Counted from the first letter of the whole stretch, positions 24,282-36,700 are shown. The stretch: 56,237 nucleotides of DNA, filler included, from Porpidia crustulata (GCA_964255105.1; 6 parts of 6 records of this genome joined end to end with filler, not necessarily neighbours in it), one strand, 5' to 3'. Notes: a model not told the origin generated them from the letters alone. Made by a program: numbers and translations.

Positions 24282-27200
24282 ATGGCTACTCCGGCACTTC
24301 CAAATGGACAATCGTCTGTTACTGCGCTGGCTCAGGGTCTGATCAGTGATCTTCGAAGCCAGGCTATGCGACTCCCTCAAGATGTCGGGATATTGAGGTC
24401 TTTTGTGTCGACTAAGCTCAATCAAGGCTTGACCGATGATAGAAAGTAAGTCGCCATAAGCAAAAATTTATTGGGCATGACACGAGCTTTACTTCCGCGA
24501 TACTACTTGAGACCTATCGTCAGACTTCACGTTCATCTCCTAGTTGCCATAGACGGCACTAGTGTATACTATTTGGAACTTCGCTAATCTAAGTCACTAG
24601 ATACTTAGTACGTTTCGAAAGTAATCTTAAGAGCCTAATGATTTGATCTCACACCAAGCCAGACGGAACGGGTTATTCAGCTGGCCTGTTCTCTTCCCGA
24701 AGGCTCAATACTGCGAGACAATCTCACCAGTGAGCTGATCAAAACATTGTGGGACAATCTACAACACCCTCCGATCTCATATCTGGGAGATGCTTTTAAG
24801 TACCGTGCCGCGGACGGCTCAAACAATGTATCTATATTTCCGTTTCGACGATTTTTTATCCCATTCTGCATCACAACGTCGCTTACACTGTTTCTACCTC
24901 TCAGAATGTCATGTATCCAGATCTCGGAAAGGCAGGTTCTGCATACGCTCGTAGCGTGGCACCTCAAACCCCTCGAAACGGTATCCTACCAGACCCTAGC
25001 CTCATATTCGACTCTCTATTTGCTCGAAAGGGAGATGCCAAGGAGCATCCTAGTAAAATATCGAGTACGCTGTTCTATATGGCTACAATCATCATACACG
25101 GTTAGTCTTTGGATTTGAAACGAGCATCTGTCAATTAGGGCGTTGCTGATTAGTGAAGATTTGTTTCGGACTAGTGATCAGGACCCCAGCAAAGTCGACA
25201 ATTCGTCGTATCTAGACCTCGGTCCCTTGTATGGTCACAATGAATCTCAGCAAGCTGCAGTTCGTACATTCAAGGATGGTACACTCAAGCCTGATGCATT
25301 TTCCGAACCTCGTCTTCTTGGTCAACCGCCTGGGGTCTGCGCTCTCATAATTTGCTTTAATCGTTTCCATAATTATGTCGTCGGCCAGCTTGCAGAGATC
25401 AACGAATCGGGCAAATTCAGTCTCCCGGCCGACATCACACCAGCCGCCAAAGAGTCTTATGATGCAGCGCAGCGCAAACGAGACAATGATCTCTTTCAAA
25501 CAGGTAGACTAGTGACTTGCGGACTGTATATCAACATCGTATTGGGAGACTATGTATCCACAATCCTCAACCTTTATGGAACCAACAGTAAATGGAGACT
25601 TGACCCACGTACGACTTACAACGATGTGTTTGATATGACTGGTACTCCAAAAGGCATTGGAAATCAAGTCAGTGTGGAGTTCAACCTGATATACCGGTGG
25701 CACTGCGCAGTGAGCAACCGAGACGAAAAATGGGCCCAAGAGTTCTATGAAAGGCTTTTCCCTGGGAAAGATCCAAGCACATTGTCTTTACCCGAATTCC
25801 TACAAGGTCTGCGGGTTTGGGCTTCGGGTATTGATTCTGATCCTGGGAAATGGACATTTAGTACACTGCGTAGGGGCAGTAATGGAAGTTTCAAAGATGA
25901 AGAATTGGTCAATCTACTGGTGGAAAGCACAGAAGACGTTGCTGGTGGGTTGACTATCATATTCGTGATCTCGCTTGCTAATGACCGAGTTTTAGGCGCA
26001 TTCGGAGCTCGAAACGTTCCTACCATCCTGAAAGCAGTCGATATGCTTGGCATACAACAAGCAAGGGGGTGGCAAGTAGCAAGCTTGAATGAAGTTCGTA
26101 AATTCTTTGGTCTGACGCCTCATGCGACTTTTGAAGACATCAACTCCGATCCAGAGGTTGCTTCAACTCTGGCGGCACTCTACGTGCATCCAGACAATGT
26201 TGAGCTATATCCTGGAGTCACTGCCGAGGAAGCAAAGCTCCCTATGGTGCCAGCATCAGGACTTTGCCCTGGCTATACTATATCAAGAGCGATTCTTTCG
26301 GATGCTGTTGGGTTAGTACGAGGAGATAGATTTTACACTGTCGACTATAACCCAGCCAACTTGACCAGTTGGGGCTTTCATCAGGCGTCATCTGATCCCG
26401 ATATCGCTGAAGGAGGTGTCATCTACAAACTTTTAATGCGGGCATTACCTGGATTTTACCGCAGCAATTCGGTGTATGCCATGTTTCCGTTCACAGTACC
26501 GGCAAAAAACCAGGAATTGCTCAGCAGTCTTGGAAAGGAAATGGATTATGATTTTACGAAGCCTTCATTCGTCGCTCCTCCGCGGCCGATATTGACTTGG
26601 TCTGGAGTCACTTCCGTACTGGCTGATCAAGCCAAATTCAAAGTTCCTTGTAAGATCATAAGCTCATTGTGGAATATGTACTCTGATCCCTGATATTTAC
26701 ATTCTAGGGGGCCAGCACACCTACTATTTGACGGGGCACGATTACATGCTCAGTGGCGATACGCCTGCTAATGCCAAGCAGAAAAAATTCGTTGCCCAAG
26801 CGGTTTACGAGCCTCAGCATGGACTCGATGAGATTCGTCAATTTTATGAAACCCTCACGACTAATCTCGTTCATCGAGAGAGCAATAGGTTTGGTACAAC
26901 GTATCAGCTTGACGCTGTGAGAGAGTAAGTTAGAGGCCAATGTATCTGTGATTTGGCCCACGGAATACTGTATTAATATTGGCGTAACTAGTGTCGGCAA
27001 TGTTTCACACGCCAACTTCATATCCCATTTGTTCCATATTCCACTCAAATCTTCTGATGGCCTTGGCGAAGGATTTACAGAAAAAGAACTATACACTGTT
27101 CTTGCACTTTTGTTCGCATACGTCTTTTCAGATATCGATACCGCCAGCTCTTTTGGACTTCGAGCGGCTGCCAAGAAGAGTACCGACGCCTTGGGAGCAG

Positions 27201-28095
27201 TACTTACAGGCGTTTGTGAAGCGCTGAAATCTGAGAGATTTATCCATTTGAAGGCGTTTCTCGGCATGGGACCTCACGAGAAAGTACTAAACGACTATGG
27301 CATAAATCTCATTCAGAGATTATTTGCAGGAGGAAAAAGCATAGACGAAGTCGTCTGGACCATTGTGCCTACCGCTGCCGCTGCTGTAGCCACTCAAGCA
27401 CAAGGAGTGAGTGAAAGGGTTTGTTATCCCTAGCTAACCCACCATGCTGACTGGTGTAATCACATCCTAGTTCGCTCAAATGCTTGAACTCTTCCTTTCT
27501 GACAGATACAAAAGCCACTGGCCCACGATACAGAAGTACGCCTCAGACGACTCCCCCGAGGCCTTTGAGAAGCTACGCAAATACGCCCTCGAAGCCTACA
27601 GACTAGCAACTCCAGCCTTTGGACTCCTCCGCATCGTAGACGCCGACACCGCAACCATCCAAGATGGCCCCCATACCATCACCGTAAAGAAAGGCGACCA
27701 GCTCTACGTAGACTTCGTGCGTCCCCAAACTCCCAAACCTCCCTCCTTTTTCCAACCAAGACCAACCCCACTAACACCCATCCCCCAAAACAGGTCACCG
27801 CAGGCCTCGACCCCGAGAAATTCCCCAACCCCGACGAAATCCACCTCGACCGCCCCGACGCTGACTACATCCACCACGGCTGGGGCCCGCACGCCTGCCT
27901 CGGCCGCCCCATCGTCATGATCGCCATGGCCGCACAGCTACGCGTGTTTGCCAAACTCGGGAATCTGCGGCCGGTGATGCCGGGGGGAATGAAGTCGACG
28001 GTAGTGAATGGAGCCATCAGGGTGTTTATGAAGGAGGATTGGAGTGATTGGTGGCCGTTTCCGACGGGTGAGTCTGCCGCGGGGGAAAGGGGAAG
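24282..28095 (+). CDS. Fatty-acid dioxygenase-cytochrome P450 fusion (linoleate diol synthase/Ppo family); last exon missing at contig end
   Basis: Heme-peroxidase domain (YRAADGSNN, IIIHDLFRT, SSYLDLGPLYG, GNQVSVEFNLIYRWH, VRGDRF) fused to a P450 domain (EAYR, HGWGPHACLG heme-thiolate motif). Multiple GT-AG introns. Confidence 0.95.
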
Positions 28096-28195
28096 NNNNN
28101 NNNNNNNNNNNNNNNNNNNNNNNNNNNNNNNNNNNNNNNTTAATTAATTAANNNNNNNNNNNNNNNNNNNNNNNNNNNNNNNNNNNNNNNNNNNN
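28096..28195. other. Artificial contig spacer
   Basis: N44-TTAATTAATTAA-N44. Confidence 0.98.
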
Positions 28196-28400
28196 GGCGT
28201 GGAGAATACGTAAATGATAAACGCGCTTTTTTTCCCCAAGATGTGCGATTGATGATACCCAGAATAGAAGCCCGGGATTGTACGTTTCGAATCAATCATC
28301 TAATTCATACAAATAAATTCCTACAACTTGAAATGTTTCATCCGGAGAAAACTTTCTTCATCTACTCAGCTCCTTTTTTTCCATCTGTATGTGTATATTT

Positions 28401-28429
28401 ATATATATATATTATATACACCCCGAACT
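28401..28429 (+). repeat. Direct repeat copy 1 (TA run + tattatatacaccccgaact)
   Basis: 27/29 identical to 37046-37074. Confidence 0.7.
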
Positions 28430-28544
28430 CAACTATTCCGTGGTCTTCACCATTCAAGCGATATGCAACGCGATATAGTCAATGTTGACAGCCTAGCGAG
28501 TGCGACGGTACGGCGAACAACGCGCAAGGCTTCTTCTATCACGC

Positions 28545-30421
28545 TTATTCTGCTTGCTTCGACGCGAATAATCCCACAAGCCGCTCGTTTGGGCCCGATG
28601 TTGATCCCGTCTGAACTATCTCGGGCCTCAAATTCGACAGAATTTCCAAAGTCATCTCCTCTCTTTTGCAAGCCTCCTCCCAGGAATCCTTGATTAGATC
28701 GACACTCTGTTCTACTACATGTGCTACTGTAAATCCGGGCTTCCTACCACACAGCCTGAGGCGCTGAGGTTCTTCGCCTTTGTCGTCATCCAAGAGATCA
28801 TCCAGCTCATTGTGCAGATTGCATATGACAAAGTCTCTTACAGGTTCAGACTCTCCTATCTTTAAGACAAGTGTAAAACCGGTGTCACTCCAGTCTTTCT
28901 TTCTCAGGGTCGCAGCCGTGTCCTCATCTCGGATCGGAGTGTCCATTATCTTCCCTGATGATCGTTTAGCTACTTCTACAATGAAGACAGAATAAGGTAA
29001 AGATGCGTACCGAGCTGAGCAAAGTTGAAAGACTCAGTCTTGTTTTCATGGGTAAGCGCTTTAACACGAGCTCCAAGGACAATGTTTGGATTTACAACAG
29101 AAATGTCGTTGGCCTCAATTGTATCAAAATTGACTTCGTTAGGTATCATAGCGTTTTTTCCAGGCTGGAATGCCAGCTAGTGGTCTGCGAAGGTGCCTAA
29201 AGGAAGATTTTCATAAATGCCGCCCTCTAGTCTCTCAATGACAACAGCCAGATTTTCGTCACCCGGTTTCCATTTCAGGCACGACAGAGCTATCTTAAAT
29301 CCCGTAGTAGACATAAGTGCAGGAGATCGAATGCCCGAATGCACCGTTCTTGTCAGTCACTCCGCAGCCCATTGCACGTATTTCTACGAGGCTTCCTCGG
29401 TATCGAACTGTTGGACAAGGGAATCCAGTGGTTCGGTACCTCCCTCATCCTGTATCGTGAGTCTGCTCTGTTTCTCGAGTATCTCCTCGTACGTCCAAGA
29501 CTGTGTTGAAGAAGATCTACTTGGATGTGTAACCTCACGCTGTGGATTGCCGATAGCATATGTTGCCTCGCTATCGAATGTGCTTCTATAAGCCGTGCGG
29601 ACATCTTCATTATCGGACATGATGGATGCTTGGCGCTTCACTATGGCGGAAGTCAAAGTGTTAGCATTCGTCAGCATTGATTGTGCCCCACCTAGCCAAG
29701 ATAATCTTCCATTCATAAAGAGCCGCTCTCATCGCTCTGCCAGGTTTCGTTCCACCCTGGAAAACGACTCATGTAGACATCCAGAGTCGTTCTTATGGTC
29801 AAGAAAACCCTCGCCAGTACATCAAAAGCCATCTGCAGCACATTGACTCAGATCAACCTCCCATTCTATGGAGTAATATTACGAATGAGCTTTTCCTCAA
29901 CCTTGATCAACCACGCTTCAATACCGAGGCAGTCTTATCTCAATTCTTGAAGGCCGACCGGAGATCTTTGCCAGTGCAGTGCGCAAAATGGGCTGTTTCT
30001 GTCTGCAAAGTCCTTGGTCAACTCGTCAGAGAAGTGACCGTTGCAATCCGCTTGTTCAAATCAAGTGATTGGAAGTATGCCACAATGTGTTTCTTTCTAA
30101 GTTCCACAATCTTCGGCGGACGGAACACGGCTTAAGCACTTGTGGGATAAGATGGATACAAAACCATTTTACTGACTCTTCGGCCGCAGGAACAATTTTT
30201 ATACTGATGCCCTTCACTTGCTTGACTATCAGATCAATAGTTTCCTTGGGCCTCTTGCAAAACTTTTGATGAGATACTGTCATGAGAATCAGACAAAGTT
30301 TTACGTCGGAGGCTCTGTCCCAGGGATCTCAGGAACTCCTCGCACGTTTGGTGATGTTGGCCAAGCTTGCGATAAAATGCTACTATTGGCTAGGATTGCT
30401 TTCCAACTTTTTCAAGTGCAT
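28545..30421 (-). pseudogene. Disrupted multi-exon gene of unknown family
   Basis: ORFs 29384-29716 and 28545-28946 link through in-frame TAG/TGA stops and a GTACGC...CAG intron near 28955-29009. ORF 30056-30283 probably belongs to the same gene via a frameshift. Confidence 0.6.
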
Positions 30422-30791
30422 CTAGTACGTGTCTCTACTTATCCCTCGCTAATCATTGTTCATCTCGAGGTAAATCGTGAAACACTTTCGAAATACTTAA
30501 TACTTAGACAAATTCCAAATCACCAACTACTATATTTAAGTATAAGCCTCATGCAATATTTTTGAGATTGTTTGCTTACATTTCATTAATCCTAAAGGCT
30601 AGTGAAACCGCATTGGACTTGAAGCATCATATCGTCATGGTTTAAACCATACTGAGGACGAGAGCAACTAATAGGGTACCCGCGGTAACCTTACTGAATT
30701 ACTCATCCGAGTCCAAGCCGTGCAGCAGAGAAGGACCATCTTAGGGTTGGTAGCCGAAGAGGATTCTAGTCATTCCTTACCGAGCATCTGT

Positions 30792-31652
30792 ATGTCTAGA
30801 CCGTAATTTTAACACCCCTATCTTGTGCTGAAGCTTCGCATTGACGCTTTCAAAGTGGAAATTCTCCGACGCCAAAGAGAAGTAAGATCTAAGATCCTTC
30901 TGGACGCCTTAGCTTCAATTTCAAGATGTTTAGTGATCGTGCTCGATAAAAAAACCGACATCATTACGACGGAAGCATCATCTTCAGCATGTGACCGTGA
31001 CTTTTCATTCTTACAAACAGTTGCAAAGGACATTCATCAATTACGGATTGAAGATAAATTTCGCCAAGCCGTGAATATCTGCAGCGAAAATGTCTGGCAG
31101 CTGGTTCTTGATGGGAAAAAACAAGCAAAAGAATCGCAGTCAGATAAGTCCGGCCAGGGTCTTATCGACGTCTTGAATGCAGATATCGTCAAAGATGTAT
31201 ACAGCAAGATTTTTCTGGCCACGAAAAAATCCAGTGACCTTGCCAGACTTGAGCGAAATGACACGTCGCAAGAGATCGAACAATCGGAGGAGATTGAGAC
31301 CTGGTTTGCTAATGAGATAGAGCCATTAGACAAGTTTGCCCACAGGCTTACATACGAGTATATGCCGGGACAGCATGAATCAGTCTTCTGCTGGGCCATC
31401 GACACCAAATCTTGGAAGTTGAAGCCACCTTGCCTTCGCTGTCAGCGTATGTACTGCATGTAGTCCCAGTATGGCCAAACTTCCTTCAATGAACACTCAC
31501 CCGATATTAAAGCTATGCGAAGTTCTCTAAAATATATGTACACGGATGTTCTACGATATAATCTGAAGAAAAATACTTGTACTTATTGTGCAGAGACGGT
31601 AGCAGCTTCGAAGCTGTCCCTGCTACATACCGGGATACTCACATTGTCTTAA
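30792..31652 (+). pseudogene. Deaminase-fold-like zinc protein (PPCLRC...YCAE) with three in-frame stops
   Basis: One frame from ATG 30792: MSRP*F*HPYLVLKLR...CLVIVLDKKTDIITT...CWAIDTKSWKLKPPCLRCQRMYCM*...CTYCAETVAASKL...LS*. Confidence 0.55.
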
Positions 31653-31792
31653 CAATCTATGTCAAATACCAATGACACTTTTTTCCCCCTTCAACCCCTA
31701 TGAGCAGAGGCGATCTTGTTTTGCACTAGATTGGACGTCCGACCTTTCGCAGCTTCGTTAAGAGCAGCTCATCAACTATGTACGGAACTATT

Positions 31793-32240
31793 TACTGAGC
31801 TATATACTGAGCTATATACTGAGCTATGTAAAAGAATTCGCATGCGCATGAAGCAGACAGTCGAGCAGGCAATGAAGCGAGCGATGAGGTGAGCGATGAA
31901 GGGTGTTTCGGAGGGTGCTTGGTAGGGTATTTTGGAGGGTGTTTTGAAAGAGGTTCTGAAGGGTGTTTCGGAGGGTGTTTTGAAGGAGGTTTTGGAGGGT
32001 GTTTGGTAGGGTATTTGGTAGAAAATCATATGGGGTGCTTGCTAGAGAGCCATGTAGAGTGTTTAATAACAGGTGGCCATGGAGCGTGTTTTGAAGAATT
32101 TGACTTGCCGATTTGTCCAGACGTACTTTTCGACAGTAAAGTGATGCCGAATGCGCCCCAGGCCTGCCGGGCCTGCCAGGGGCGCAAATTGCAGGATCGG
32201 CAACTCGAAAATTCAGGAGCGGATTCCCGGTTTGCCGATG
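31793..32240. repeat. Composite 12-bp tandem arrays followed by two GC-rich hairpins (probable transposon relic)
   Basis: Three tactgagctat(a/g) units at 31793-31828, three agcgatg-type units at 31863-31898, ten gagggtgttttg-type units at 31899-32018, and hairpins at 32152-32186 and 32196-32239. Confidence 0.8.
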
Positions 32241-33729
32241 CAAGCCAAAGCCTCTTAGACGAATCGTTCAACCAGTCGTCCGCTTTTGAAGAGAGATTGA
32301 TAAATCATAGAATAATTTTTCTGCACTATCTAGGGGTGCAGAGGTGAAAGCTCTGCTAGCGTCCCGAGCCCTATTGTGTGGGCGGGCGATTACTAACCCC
32401 CGAGGCCCCTATTTCCAACAGTTTCAAGGCTCGTAAGCGAGGCGCTACCACCTCGGTGTCTTGACAGTCTCACAAGGCGAAGAAGTTTGTTTTGCTAACA
32501 TTCGAGAGTCTGCCGTTGGAGCTTTGACACTCTATCAAATTATTCCCAGGCAAAGGCGCGCAGTCTAGTATTATTGGCAAAAGCGTTACGAAAAAGCAAG
32601 CGGGATTACGACTTCAAGTTGGCTTTGTCTATAGATAGGCGATAAGAGTTTAAAAAGACAGACACCTCACCATTGAGCCAGCGCCATTAGGAATCAAACC
32701 TAATATAACTACTATTTAGACAGGAAACGATATGTACAAGGCAGATCGACAGTGGAATCTGAGTACCAGCCCCTGAGGTCTAGAGACTGCTTCTTTGCCG
32801 GGGTATTAATTGCTGATACCAACATTACCACAGTAAAAGCTGTGGATGGGGGATGCCCGGCATATGTGGTGGCGCAGGCAAGTAGTCGCCAAGTCTCTTT
32901 ACACACTTACGAGTAATAGATATTCCACACACACGCACCTTAGGGGTTTCTTTGCACGTTCCAACTAGCCATGAGGCTTTCGATCGATTGCGCACCAGGG
33001 TTAAGGGTAATGCTTTCCAATGGACGAAGGCCAGATTATCCAAGGCTGTAGGCTCATGACTGAATGAATTGCCAACGCATAGGTCTCGGGGGAGCCTTGC
33101 CACAATCTACGACGTGCAGAATAGGGTGTGAAGAAGTTGTGCGTGGATCAAATTAGAGGCATTTACCTGACGCCCCCTCTCTTCCCCGCAAGGATGCCTA
33201 TGACAGGCAATTGTCTTGCTGCAGTATCCAGCCCGTGATTTCCCATTGGCTGTGGACGTTGAGAATCGTTTCATACTCGCAAGACAATCTGTCTGTCTCA
33301 TAATTCTTGCGCCGCCATCGAAACCACTAGTATTACTGGCCGACCCAAAGAAGCTGCCGATTAGTAGGAGCTTCGTAGACAAGTTTACTGAGGAGCGCAA
33401 TACGAAACAAGCCGATTTCGAAGCTTAAAATTTGAATCTTACGGCCAATTTATTTAACAAGTAAATGCACACTAAGCTTCGTCATGTTGGAGGATTTCAA
33501 CACTCAGGTGTCTACATCAACGACCAATCCCGGATCCTGCATCGCAGCGCTTCTGCATAGCCTTGTGCAACCCTGTGGGCGGGACCGCGGCAGTTTTTGC
33601 CTGCTCAGACCCATCCTTAGAAAAATATAATGCATGCAAGCTGATAGAGAGTGAACCCAATTCTCGGCGAGAAGTGAATGTACGAACACGCTGCTGATTC
33701 CAGCGAAAAATCCAGATTACTGTCCGATA

Positions 33730-36700
33730 ATGTCAGCGGTCGGAAGAGTTGCGGCCTCAGTCGTATCAGGTACGAATGAAAACACCCTCGCTCTAGCCAA
33801 TTTCAATGTCGACTTTACTCTCATTAAGCTAGAAGCACCAAAAGAATACAAAGGCCTTGGTACGGCGTTATCCCGTCGGCGACTTGAAAATGCTGAGCAA
33901 GGACCTCTACACCGTACCGCGAGGAAACTAGGGGCGCTCTTCGAGCAGATTATACCACCAATCAAGACACTAGTCGAAGCCTATGGAAGACGAGTATCAG
34001 AGATCTCAACGTCAGAGATGTTTATGAAACCTGTCAGTCCAAACCTCCTTCAAGATCAACTACCTATGCTATCCCAGAGTACGAGATGTTACCGTTTGTT
34101 ATTTGTTAAACAGATGGTCTTAGTCATGGGAACCTTCGACAGCAACTGATTTTCAGGCTAGGCTTCTCAAGCAAGTGGCCCTTTCGCTAGCCATGCGGGA
34201 ATCGATGGTACCTCGATATATGCCGCAGCTACTTCAGGGACTAGTGCATTAGCAGTTCATCTACTGGCCTGCATGCTCGCACGTGCGTGGTCCAGCTCAG
34301 AAGCTATAGCGCTCTGGGTCGAACTCGTTGCAGAACGGAAGAAAGATATCATTGAGAATTCTGACCCTTCGCAAATACATAGTATGGGAGCGAGAGTGGC
34401 TGCTCAGCAAGATGTCTCAAGAGCTGATTTAGCCAAATGGGACGCCAGCGCACGAGCATGGCTACTGAGCGCTGATGAAGTCAAACTTCGTGAAAGTATT
34501 CAATTCAAACTCATCACCAAAGATTGCGGAATGTTAGTTAGCTCCCTAGGTGGCACGTATGAAAGTGTGATCGATGTGTGGACCGAGGCCATGAGCAGTT
34601 TACAGCGCCTTATCCTTGGCGTGCCACAGAGGATTTCCAAAGGCGCTTTATTGATAGGATTGTCATCATGGCACATATATCCAGACATGAATATTGTTGG
34701 ACCCACTACTCATGTCAGATTTCGTGATCCCCTGGTTGGTACCGGAGGGGTTGTTACTATTGGTCTTCAAAGTAGATTCCCTGAAACTGACAATGGTGTT
34801 AAATGGTCCTTGTCTCTTTCTCATCTGCGATATTATGGCGAGCCAGTGGAGGTTGAAACAATCACGGGAGCTAACAGCCAACGTATTAGTATGATAGAGC
34901 TCCATCTAGTCGCATTAGGAAGTCTGCTCGGAAGTTGGGGAATGGTTGCAACCAGCACCGTCGCAGGAGCCGAATTCTTTGTAGCCCTAAGAGAATGCCT
35001 CAATATCGAAACAGATTCACGTATGGAAGCAAGGTCCGCTTGGCTACATCTTTTGTGGGATGTCTCAAAGTCTTTTCTAGATTTATCCCCAGGGGTTGAG
35101 AAGGATAATGCGTCATCACTCATAGCATACGGTCGGCGAAGGGGCCAAAATTTTCTATCCGATCCAAGCAAGCCAACTTTACCAATGTTTGGTCTAGCTG
35201 ACCCATTACGGCTCGCTTCACTCTCAATCGGATCTTATTCCAACACGGATACTGACGAAGAAAGTGCGATTCTTGACCTGCGCTTCCTAGCTCAACAGAG
35301 TGGGCTCGCATGTGATCAATCAGTAATTCGCTACCGCCGGAATCCTCAAAATTCAGCAAAATGCCGAGGAGATGTCACATGGGAGTATGCAACAGCCGTT
35401 CCGCGACTCAGAGAAACGCAAACTCTGAACGATGGGGTAGTCTTGCAAGATGCTATGGTGCATACTCGTTGGATCGATATGAAATCTGCGGAATCCAGGG
35501 TTCAGGAATTAAAATTGACAGGGGAAGAGTGCGAACGCTTCAGCAGTTCGTCTATCAGTATGCATGATACAGGAAAATTCCTCAAAGCTTTTTTGTGGCA
35601 AGACATTCCGAAGAATTTTGAGGTCGTATCGACTTGTGACTTCGAAAAGCTCGATATTAGGTATGAAAATAGGAGCTCAGATTTAGACTCGGATAGCATC
35701 GAAGAAAGCGAAAGCACAAGTGGCTGTGAAACGCCTGGTATATTCTGCTTCAAAGCTTGAACATTTGGTAAGCGCTGACTTTACTATTGTATAGACAAAT
35801 CAGCAATCTTTGATCTCGTGGCTGGGAATCAAGAATTTGTATCACTATGGCTGGTCGATCCGGAAGTCGCTCCAATGCATCAGAGAAGGTCCATGCAAGA
35901 TTTTGAAGTAACGGAAAGACTACGCTCAGACAAAATTGTCTCCAGCCGATTACGCAATCTTTTCGAATCCTTGACCGTGCTAGCCAATAAAATTGATCTT
36001 GACCGATGGAATGTTCAGGCAAAATTTTACACGGACGTGATGTCTTTGAATGATTTGGCACAGGCAACAGCGTTGTACAAAAACTTTCCTGGAGCTACCG
36101 TTTCAATGGCAGTAGCATCGCGTCCCCTGCATATTGCTAAATGGGCCGCCCATGAAGCATCTCTGGATTTCACACGAGCCAATAAGTTTGCGTGCATCGC
36201 TATGTTCGAATCAGGTACTCTTGACATTGATCCAAAAACACTTACGTCTGTCATGGCAATGTCATCTGGAAATTCAATTTATGTTGTGGACTCCCTTCTT
36301 CAAGATCCTGTAAAGCAAGGTGTATCAGGTATAAGTAACTCACGAGGTATAAGGCGCATACTAGGCAATCTTGATCGTCCAGGAGTGGTGTTTCTCGTTC
36401 CCCCGCAAGCACCTCTCATACGGGTAGCGGATCCTGAATCTTGGCGGCTCGTAAATCATGTCATGTTCAACAATAAGGTTGAGGAGTCCTTTGCCGACAC
36501 CTCTCTTCACCTCTCTTTCACAGACTATGAACTCCCGCTGTCCGTGTCAATCGGAGCGGTAGACGCTGAAGCTGTAATGCTAGAATCTCTAATCTCGGTT
36601 TATGATCGAGAAAGATGGGTAGCGGATCTCGACATCTTGGGTAACATGAGTAACAAAGATTTCTTCCGCCGCTTTCAAACCCCCGTCTGCAGTTGTGCAA

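Noticed and set aside
17987..28095. LigB dioxygenase + MAPEG + dioxygenase-P450 as one oxidative cluster
   Set aside because: LigB is on a different contig; only the MAPEG and dioxygenase-P450 linkage is real.
31772..32347. ORFs with GCFG, LQNT or KTPS repeats as proteins; the array as CRISPR or telomere
   Set aside because: They are translations of a 12-bp tandem array that is open in several frames. There are no unique spacers and no (TTAGGG)n tract.
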